From an uncultured Candidatus Saccharibacteria bacterium (GTDB taxonomy: Bacteria > Patescibacteriota > Minisyncoccia > Phycocordibacterales > Phycocordibacteraceae): 43,558 bases of DNA. The notes below the pieces were generated by a model. That model made no database searches. It was not told the DNA's origin and was given only the letters and a program-made list of their open reading frames with translations. The stretch spans positions 1 through 43,558 of the forward strand of contig CAYMZP010000003.1 of assembly GCA_964395025.1 (NCBI GenBank), written 5' to 3'. Below, in pieces: positions 24,345-31,535 of the stretch; positions within the stretch are counted from its first letter, which is position 1, and each line of letters starts with the position of its first letter. The translations under genes and the position numbers were made by a program.

Positions 24345-25142
24345 CTACTCTATGGGCTCTCGATACGGATCTATGCCGTACTTTTTTAGGTCAGCCTGTA
24401 AGGACGAGGCAGATGGTTCTTGTGCAGTAGGTTTTTGAGTGGTAGTGGGCGGAAGCGGGGGTGACTGAGGGTGGTTTTCCCGCTCTGGCACGGGTACCCT
24501 TTGCTGAGGTGCAGGCGTACCACCGTGTTGCATAGCTTCTATATCTCCCGCCATCGTGCGTGCATGCGGTTCTTCAAGGGGTTTTGTGGGCTGTGCACTG
24601 AAAATAGCTTTTACTTCAGGAACAGGCGTAGGTCGAGTAGGGGGCGCCGGAGCATGTTCTGAAGGTGCATTTGTGGGCAAGTTTGCATGGAAGGTAGCGA
24701 GAGGAGAAGAAGCGGGTGCTGGTACCTGTACCGGTGGTGTAGATGTAGCCACATATGCAGGCGGAGGCGGAGGTGGCGTGCGAGGAGTTTCTGTAGAAAT
24801 GATTACTGGCAAGTCATGTGCAGGCTCCCCTCCCCCCTTTGCAATAAGAGGTTCAAAGACACCATTACGCACTTCTTCAATAATGTCCGGAATAAGAATT
24901 TCCCCCACCCCTGCTTCTGTTGCCAGATTTTGTGGAAGTTCGTTAGGAGAAGACACTCCCAGCAATACCATGAGGATTTCATTTGAGACATCAGTTCGCA
25001 TATCAGGAGTGAAGCCAAACTTCGTGGAAAGTTTTTCAGTGAATGCAGAAAATTCTCCAGACTCTATAAACTCCTGTATGAAAGGAGGAGTATTCTGGAA
25101 TGTTGCGAGAAGCTGGTTCTCTTCTGTGGTGAGTGTGTCCAT
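24345..25142 (-). CDS. Hypothetical protein with a helical N-domain and Pro-rich C-terminal half
   Basis: N-terminus TFQNTPPFIQEFIESGEFSAFTEKLSTKFGF...SNEILMVLLGVSSPNELPQNL, then PPPPPPAYVATSTPPVQVPAPASSP... No signal peptide. Confidence 0.6.
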   Translation of the reverse strand: MDTLTTEENQLLATFQNTPPFIQEFIESGEFSAFTEKLSTKFGFTPDMRTDVSNEILMVLLGVSSPNELPQNLATEAGVGEILIPDIIEEVRNGVFEPLIAKGGGEPAHDLPVIISTETPRTPPPPPPAYVATSTPPVQVPAPASSPLATFHANLPTNAPSEHAPAPPTRPTPVPEVKAIFSAQPTKPLEEPHARTMAGDIEAMQHGGTPAPQQRVPVPERENHPQSPPLPPTTTQKPTAQEPSASSLQADLKKYGIDPYREPIE

Positions 25143-25145
25143 ACG

Positions 25146-27560
25146 TTAGTGAGCAGGTGTGTGACTACCTCCTCCGCCACCGCTAGAGTCTTTTTTCGGC
25201 TCAGGCTCGTGGTGCTCTTCTGCGTGGTCGTCATGCCCACCTTTTTTATGAAGGAGATGCTCAAGTTTGTGCGCCAACTCTTCTTCTTCGGACATTCCTG
25301 CTTTCTTTCTAATGCCTTTAGCCATCGTACGGAAAGCTGTGGCATTAAGTGGAGCTGAGATAGGACCAATTCTTGCTCCTTCAAGCATACGAGCAACTTT
25401 TTCAAAACGTGCAGCCGCTTGATCAAGGGCGTAATCAGATTTAAGCATAGCTGCCCCACTCTTCATCTCGGAAGCCCTATCTTTATTTCGTTGCTTCTCT
25501 CTTTTGTTGAAGTCAGCTTCTAGTGTTGCCCGCTCTGCTTCAGCTGCCTCTTTCTGGGCTTGTGCAGCATCAAGCTGTTTCATTGCAGCGGCAATATTTG
25601 CACGAGTTGCTGCTTCATCTCGTACTCGACCAGTCGAAAGATCAGTCTGCATTTTCTCAATACTTTCAGTAAGTTTGCCAATTTGTGTCGTTGCTTCCGC
25701 CATTTGTGCAGTATTTTTTGCAAGTGCCTCACTTTGTGCAAGATCTTCTGTGGCCGCCTTTCCTCCCTGACCTTTGTATTTCTGAAGAATTTGGTCATCA
25801 GCACTAAGGCGGTTAAGTTGGCGTTCCTTAAGTTTTTCTTTAAGATCTTCTTTCTCTTTTTCAATTTCTGTTGCTCTTGCGGTATGGGTTGCAGCCTGTG
25901 CCTTTAGTTTAGATTCCAAATCGGTTTCCCCGCGCGCGGCTGCATCAGACGCTGCCGTATTGAGGTTAAATGCTTTTGCCTCTTCCAGTTCTTTTGCTTT
26001 TTCAGCGGCAGCAATTTGTTGCTTAAGAGGATTATCGCGCGTATCTCGAGCTTTCTTGACCTCCTCTGCGTCCTTACTTGCACGTTCAGCAATCTTCTTC
26101 AGTTCACCCGGACGACCATCCTTACTAAAGTCTCCAACCTTACCAAGAGATACGCCCGCAACCTTAATGTTGCCCTTAGCTCCACGAATATCAAAGGTGC
26201 GCTTCGCGCCAAGGTCGAGACCTTTTGCTACTAAGTCTCCAGCAAGAGTATTCCCATAACGTGAACGCACCACGGTTGCCATGCGGTTTAAGGGTCTACC
26301 CAGTGTGTAACGACCAGCACGAGCAAAAAGGCCCGCAGTGCTAAATCCGATGGTCTTCCCTGCTGTACTTACTGCCCAGTCAGAGCCAATAATGCCAAAC
26401 TGTTTTGCTGCGAGAAGCGAACCAAAAAGAAAACCAACAGTTAAGAGGTATATCAAAAGACCTCCGAAATCTTTATTTAGAGTTGATTGAAACAGTGCAT
26501 CAAAAATATTCGGCGCTTTTCCATTTACAGAAAGTGCGATTGCTACTCCTTCGGCCACCTTAAGGCTTACAAAAATAAGGAGAAGCAGGGTTGGCGCGAA
26601 GAGTGCGTTGTTTATGAGTGTTTTCCACCATTCATTCGCCACTTTGTTGAGCTGGGGTATGACCATCCCCGCAAAGCCTATCGGCGCGGTGATCATAAGA
26701 AATGCGAGAACGATGGCACGCGAGAGGAGCATCAGGGCACCCATCGCAAAGACTATGGTGGTAACGGTGACAAAGAGTGTGCCGAGTGTTGCCGCTATAA
26801 TGCGCTGAAGTTTCTCGCCGTTTCCGAAAAAAGTCGCAACACTACCAATGGGGTCCACGAGAGAGGAAATGCCGGTGAGGGCCATTACTTTGTTTGTGAT
26901 AGCGCCTGAAGTACAGTCCTCACCCACCGCACCGCACTCGTATGCTTGTTCAAAAATAGTAGAGGCTACCGCGTTTGTAGCATCAATAATTGCTTCTGCA
27001 GCAAAAAGGCTGAAGTTAAGAAGTACGGCAAAAATAACAAGGCGCGGAAGAGTCTTCCCCACACTGTAGTGCCCCACATTCAGTATGGTCTGGATACCAA
27101 TTGCCACAAAGCCAAATACCAACAGGATATTGCCTATATCACGCATCATCGCCCACCCCACGAGAAGTCCAGCCGAATTGCCAAAGTAGACGGCAAACTT
27201 AAAGACAAAAGTGCTGATAGCAAATTCAAATGCGGCCGCCGCAATACTAAGCAGTACGTTGGCAAGAGCCAAGAACACGTATGTGATGACTCCAAGGGGC
27301 ACCAACGCTGTGTCTGCGGCACATTGGCCAGGGTTGGTGATACATCCCCAGGTAGAATCCCAAATGTTTTTATTTTTTCCTTCAGAAAATGAGGAGCCGT
27401 TAGAAGCAGTGGTACTTTCCGCAGGTGTCCCCCCTTCAGGAGGGACAGTTGCTTCCTGTGCATGGGTCGTAGACACCTCACCTCCCAATGGCAGAGACGT
27501 AAAGACAGCACCGAGCACGAGAAGACCAATTCCCAACACCGTCAGACGGAAGCACTGCAT
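25146..27560 (-). CDS. VirB6/TrbL-like polytopic membrane protein with a long C-terminal coiled coil and His-rich tail
   Basis: ORF 25146..27587. I prefer the ATG at 27560 (MQCFRLTVLGIGLLVLGAVFTSL signal-like), 4 nt after the upstream stop. It has about 7-8 TM segments in the first roughly 450 aa, then about 300 aa of A/E/K/Q coiled coil. It ends HKKGGHDDHAEEHHEPEPKKDSSGGGGGSHTPAH. Confidence 0.6.
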   Translation of the reverse strand: MQCFRLTVLGIGLLVLGAVFTSLPLGGEVSTTHAQEATVPPEGGTPAESTTASNGSSFSEGKNKNIWDSTWGCITNPGQCAADTALVPLGVITYVFLALANVLLSIAAAAFEFAISTFVFKFAVYFGNSAGLLVGWAMMRDIGNILLVFGFVAIGIQTILNVGHYSVGKTLPRLVIFAVLLNFSLFAAEAIIDATNAVASTIFEQAYECGAVGEDCTSGAITNKVMALTGISSLVDPIGSVATFFGNGEKLQRIIAATLGTLFVTVTTIVFAMGALMLLSRAIVLAFLMITAPIGFAGMVIPQLNKVANEWWKTLINNALFAPTLLLLIFVSLKVAEGVAIALSVNGKAPNIFDALFQSTLNKDFGGLLIYLLTVGFLFGSLLAAKQFGIIGSDWAVSTAGKTIGFSTAGLFARAGRYTLGRPLNRMATVVRSRYGNTLAGDLVAKGLDLGAKRTFDIRGAKGNIKVAGVSLGKVGDFSKDGRPGELKKIAERASKDAEEVKKARDTRDNPLKQQIAAAEKAKELEEAKAFNLNTAASDAAARGETDLESKLKAQAATHTARATEIEKEKEDLKEKLKERQLNRLSADDQILQKYKGQGGKAATEDLAQSEALAKNTAQMAEATTQIGKLTESIEKMQTDLSTGRVRDEAATRANIAAAMKQLDAAQAQKEAAEAERATLEADFNKREKQRNKDRASEMKSGAAMLKSDYALDQAAARFEKVARMLEGARIGPISAPLNATAFRTMAKGIRKKAGMSEEEELAHKLEHLLHKKGGHDDHAEEHHEPEPKKDSSGGGGGSHTPAH

Positions 27561-27564
27561 AGCT

Positions 27565-29052
27565 TTAAAGGGTGTTAAAAAGTTCATTGATGCGACAAGA
27601 AGCAGCGTACCGCTCCATTTTTGCTACATACGACTCTTCCCCTGTGGAAGTTTGGTCACCACTTGCGTGTTCGCTCGCTTCACGGAACTCAGTAATACTT
27701 GGTACTACACCGCTTGTGCGGAACGTTTCGTACTCAGCGACGATTGCTTCAAAACTCTCGCCTCCCTCTTGAGAGAGTTCTACTCGTTGTTCAAATTCTG
27801 CGTATTTTGAAATGGATAGATTTACCCGTTCAATTTCTGCATCTGCACGGGCAATCAAGTTTTCTGCTTCCCGTCTTCCTGCTTCCGCGTCAGGCATACC
27901 ACGGCAGTCTGCCAAATTATCTCGTGCCGCCACAGCTGCAGTGCGGATTATGGTCCAGTCACGGCGGTACTGTGCAAGCTGAGGTCGTTGACTTTCAAAA
28001 CTTGTGGAGAGCGCGTTTGCCACGGCGGTCGTCGGTGGTTGTGCCTGCGGGCGTTCATAGCGCGCAGCACCGGCAAGTCCCCCACTGTCTCCCCCAAATA
28101 GCGTGTCAGTGAGAAGCTGACCAAAAAATCCAACAATCACTTCGTTCATTTCATCTGCGTTTACTGCAAGGTCTACGCCGACATCAACAGCATACTTATT
28201 TACCGTCTGCGCTACCACAGACCCTGGTGTTTCGATGGCGTATGAAAGACAGTCATCTTGGTCGTGAAGTGCAACACTCGGGTCCTGATTAAAGGCAGTA
28301 GCGTCAGCATAGTTTGTGCAGTCCCCTTTCCACGAAAGGAAGCCTTGGCCCCAATTCAACTGTTGCACATGCTCATTTGCCGCCTGAGACACTGCCTGTG
28401 CGAGCTGGTCTTCCGCAAGGTACTGAGCTCCCAATGGATTGTTTCCAGGACTTTGCCATGCAGCAAGCCAGCCAGAAACACCACACGCGCTAAAGTCTCC
28501 TTGAAGGAACGCTTCGTGGTCAGGACATACTTCGGAAAGAGTGTATTTTGAACGATTTGCATACGCTTGTGGTCCCGTAGCTCGGTAGTAGTTGTCTTGT
28601 ACTGCCTGAGCCACACGGCTACTAAACGGTGTCTGGAGCGCCAAGTTAGTACGTAGTTGATACGTGAAACTATTGGCAATAGTATCCCCCATCCGAAGGA
28701 AACTTCGCTCAAGGTCTGTTTCAAAAGCAGGAGAACCTTGAAAACCATTTGAGGCCCAGTTCGCCATACTTTGCACCATAGTTTGAAGTGCCATATCAAC
28801 GGCAAACTTTGCAAGGCTGTCAAAAACGTACTCTTTTACGACAACCTGATTATCAAGAGCGGTCTGTACTCCCTGTATGCCCCAGTCAGAAATCATTTGA
28901 GCAAATGCTGCGGGGTCAAAGACAATGTCGGCCGCGCCAAGAAACGCATGTGCTCTCTGAGGGATGGCACTAAAAAGAGAAACCGCGAAGAAAACCACAA
29001 ACACACCTGAGGTTATGGAGCGGACAAGAGTTGATAGAGGTGAGCGCTTCAT
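27565..29052 (-). CDS. Secreted hypothetical protein (495 aa)
   Basis: Signal/anchor MKRSPLSTLVRSITSGVFVVFFAVSLFSAIPQRAHA. The mature N-terminus FLGAADIVFDPAAFAQMI is reminiscent of the TrbJ/VirB5 start (V.D.an.aQ). The C-terminus is helical and acidic. Confidence 0.6.
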   Translation of the reverse strand: MKRSPLSTLVRSITSGVFVVFFAVSLFSAIPQRAHAFLGAADIVFDPAAFAQMISDWGIQGVQTALDNQVVVKEYVFDSLAKFAVDMALQTMVQSMANWASNGFQGSPAFETDLERSFLRMGDTIANSFTYQLRTNLALQTPFSSRVAQAVQDNYYRATGPQAYANRSKYTLSEVCPDHEAFLQGDFSACGVSGWLAAWQSPGNNPLGAQYLAEDQLAQAVSQAANEHVQQLNWGQGFLSWKGDCTNYADATAFNQDPSVALHDQDDCLSYAIETPGSVVAQTVNKYAVDVGVDLAVNADEMNEVIVGFFGQLLTDTLFGGDSGGLAGAARYERPQAQPPTTAVANALSTSFESQRPQLAQYRRDWTIIRTAAVAARDNLADCRGMPDAEAGRREAENLIARADAEIERVNLSISKYAEFEQRVELSQEGGESFEAIVAEYETFRTSGVVPSITEFREASEHASGDQTSTGEESYVAKMERYAASCRINELFNTL

Positions 29053-29053
29053 A

Positions 29054-30013
29054 TTAGTTTATGTGCGTATCAAGGGTCTGCCCTAGCTTTGAAAGCGCAT
29101 CAGAATATGCAGACCACGCATCAAGGTACGAAAGAAGACCAAGGAGGCCACGAAGCGGGTCTTCTGGCATGGACGCCATGTCTTCTACTACCGCACCAAC
29201 GCCTGCATATGCGTTTGCGAAATCCAAGTGAGGTCCAGAAACCGTAGAAGGCACAGAGATTTGCATAATGGCCTCTGCGGACTCTGCATACGCTTGCGCA
29301 AGCTCTCTAATGCGTGCCATGGAGTGTTCCGTTTCTATGCCCATTACATATTCACCAAAGTAGTCGTAGACATTCTTTTCGTCGTGGGAAGCACTATGTT
29401 CCGTAAGTACGCGGTCCATGGTCGTGACGTACGTAAACAGTGCGTCCTCTCCTCCCCCTACCACCGTAAGGTCAGAAAGTGTGAAGCGCGCACCTCGCTC
29501 TTCTGCTAGCTCTTTTGAAGCAGACGCTATAAATGCAGTCATGTCTTCAGGGGAAAGAGGCATGCCCTCGTTAAGGCGTAGATAATTTTCTAGGAACTTT
29601 TTTCCAAAACGGTCAGTGAGGGTTTCTGGTCCGGCGTCTATGCCAGGCACTTCTATACTTCGTTCGGGCGTTTCTTCACTCGTAAAAGTAGGGGTCACCT
29701 TGCCGGAAGCCACTGCTTCAGCATCCGTCATGTTCGGGTCTACTGAACGCGGGTTTCTCGGGTCTGTGCCATAGAGTGCTTCTTGCCAATCCGGGAGACC
29801 GTCAGCGTCTGTGTCTTTCATCGCATAGGCACGGAGAATGTCCTCAGTTGAAAGTGCTTGCGCAGTCCGTACAGAAGGACTTGAAAGCCAGAATGCACCA
29901 GCCACCATCACCCCTCCTAAGAGAAGCGCGGCCACAATGCTCTTCGTACGGGTAGAAACGTGCATAGTTCTTAGAAAAATACTAGCACGCAGGTGTCTGG
30001 GCGCAGTGCGCAT
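29054..30013 (-). CDS. Membrane-anchored hypothetical protein with a thrombospondin type 3-like Ca-binding motif
   Basis: TM SIVAALLLGGVMVAGAFWL, then DTDADGLPDWQEALYGTDPRNP (D.D.DGL.D..E...GTDP). The start is ambiguous: ATG 30013 (TATAAA 7 nt upstream) or ATG 29965 (MHVSTRTK). Confidence 0.6.
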   Translation of the reverse strand: MRTAPRHLRASIFLRTMHVSTRTKSIVAALLLGGVMVAGAFWLSSPSVRTAQALSTEDILRAYAMKDTDADGLPDWQEALYGTDPRNPRSVDPNMTDAEAVASGKVTPTFTSEETPERSIEVPGIDAGPETLTDRFGKKFLENYLRLNEGMPLSPEDMTAFIASASKELAEERGARFTLSDLTVVGGGEDALFTYVTTMDRVLTEHSASHDEKNVYDYFGEYVMGIETEHSMARIRELAQAYAESAEAIMQISVPSTVSGPHLDFANAYAGVGAVVEDMASMPEDPLRGLLGLLSYLDAWSAYSDALSKLGQTLDTHIN

Positions 30014-30043
30014 TCCTTTATTTATATGTGCATAGACACTCTT

Positions 30044-30823
30044 TTATGTGAGCATTTTGGTCAGTGTCTTCCATTCAGTGAGCGAAAGGTCCTCTGCGCG
30101 TACTTTTTCGGGAATGCCTGCTTCTTTAAAAGCTTCCATGAGTGTTTTGGCAGGAGCAATATGCGCAAGGTTCTTTGCGAGCTGTTTCCGTTTGTGTGCA
30201 AACCCTGCGTGCGCAATTTCAAAGAAACGCTCTTCTTCTTTGGGAGATGCAAATGCGTGTTGTTGTATGTCAGTAATAGAGAGCACGGCAGAATCTACGT
30301 TTGGAGCAGGGATAAAAGCACCGCGCGGAACGGTGAAGCGGTAGTGGGGTACGCCATACGCATAGACTGAAAGCGAAAGAAGACTGTGTTTTTTGGTGCG
30401 TGCAATCCGTTCCGCAACTTCTTTCTGCACGAGGAATGTAAGTGAGCTTGGTTTGAAAGAGGCGGTGAGAAATTTTCGGAACAGCTCGCCGGTCAAATAG
30501 TATGGAATATTTGCTACGAGCACATACGGCACACCGATACGTTCAGGATTATAGGTACGGATGTCTGCATGCACGAGTTGAAGTTTCCCTGCCTGGATTT
30601 CGTAGTGGAAGGTTTCTTCAAGGTGCGGAATGAGCTCATCGTCTGCCTCAACCGCAATCACGCGTTCGGCACGCGCAAGGAGCGCGCGTGTCAGCATGCC
30701 AGTACCTGGACCCACTTCAAGGACGGTCTTCCCTACTATGTCTGCAACGTCTGCAATTCTCTCTGCAGTTTGTTGGTGCATGAGAAAGTTTTGGCCAAGA
30801 GATTTTTTTGCCTTGGGATGCAT
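30044..30823 (-). CDS. rsmA: 16S rRNA (adenine1518/1519-N6)-dimethyltransferase
   Basis: KKSLGQNFL, the SAM motif VLEVGPGTGMLT, and ANIPYY are classic KsgA/RsmA motifs. Confidence 0.92.
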   Translation of the reverse strand: MHPKAKKSLGQNFLMHQQTAERIADVADIVGKTVLEVGPGTGMLTRALLARAERVIAVEADDELIPHLEETFHYEIQAGKLQLVHADIRTYNPERIGVPYVLVANIPYYLTGELFRKFLTASFKPSSLTFLVQKEVAERIARTKKHSLLSLSVYAYGVPHYRFTVPRGAFIPAPNVDSAVLSITDIQQHAFASPKEEERFFEIAHAGFAHKRKQLAKNLAHIAPAKTLMEAFKEAGIPEKVRAEDLSLTEWKTLTKMLT

Positions 30824-30847
30824 ATAGGGTGAGCGTAACGCCTTTTT

Positions 30848-31528
30848 CTAGAGTCGCAAAGAACCAGCTGTTGTTGGAAATAACACCGAGACCGTGAGAG
30901 TAAATATGAGTGCAATGAGCCAGTGCAAGAGTGCTGCAGGGAGAAATGAGCGTGTTACATATGCAAGCCAAGAGAGTATGAGTGTGGCGTATACAGCGTA
31001 GAACATTTCAAGAAAAGGTTTCCCCGCATGAAGCACGCCAAAGAGTCCAGCAAGAATGGGAAAAGAAATGAAGCCAAAACGCGCGAACAACGAAGACAGG
31101 AGAAAGCCACGAAATAGAAACTCCTCTGCCAAATAGTAAAGCAACGCTACCGGCCCAAGGAAAAGAACGACAGTTAGTGGTGCAATGTCACCAAGCGCGT
31201 AAAAAGATTGAAATTCAGTATTCTGTATGAGAAATAGGAGCGGAACGAGGAGGAGTAGAAACGCAAGAAGAACCCTAAACCCTGTTTTCTTGGTAAACGG
31301 CGGAAGATTATATCCATAGGTAGTGAGCGATTCTTTATATATGACGCGCACTATAAAAGCGGGTACCAGAAAAAAGAAAAGCACAGCGCTTGCAGAGAGC
31401 ATAGAGACACCTGCTATGGTGTCGCGCGGAAAACCAAAAGAAGATGGGAGAGATGCAAGTATCGCGAGGACGAATGTTAGCAAGATAAGTGCAGGTCCCG
31501 TCTTTAATATGCGCGAGAGGAATCTCAT
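30848..31528 (-). CDS. CPBP family intramembrane glutamic endopeptidase (CAAX protease-like)
   Basis: Polytopic, with the motifs AEEFLFRGFL, FGVLH and AALLHWL. Confidence 0.8.
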   Translation of the reverse strand: MRFLSRILKTGPALILLTFVLAILASLPSSFGFPRDTIAGVSMLSASAVLFFFLVPAFIVRVIYKESLTTYGYNLPPFTKKTGFRVLLAFLLLLVPLLFLIQNTEFQSFYALGDIAPLTVVLFLGPVALLYYLAEEFLFRGFLLSSLFARFGFISFPILAGLFGVLHAGKPFLEMFYAVYATLILSWLAYVTRSFLPAALLHWLIALIFTLTVSVLFPTTAGSLRL

Positions 31529-31535
31529 GCAGATA

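Noticed and set aside
15715-30013. The T4SS-like cluster as an integrative conjugative element or prophage.
   Set aside because: No integrase, relaxase, coupling protein, tRNA target, flanking direct repeats or compositional shift is visible. The only recombinase (42253-43167) is 12 kb away, separated by housekeeping genes, and looks like XerC/D.
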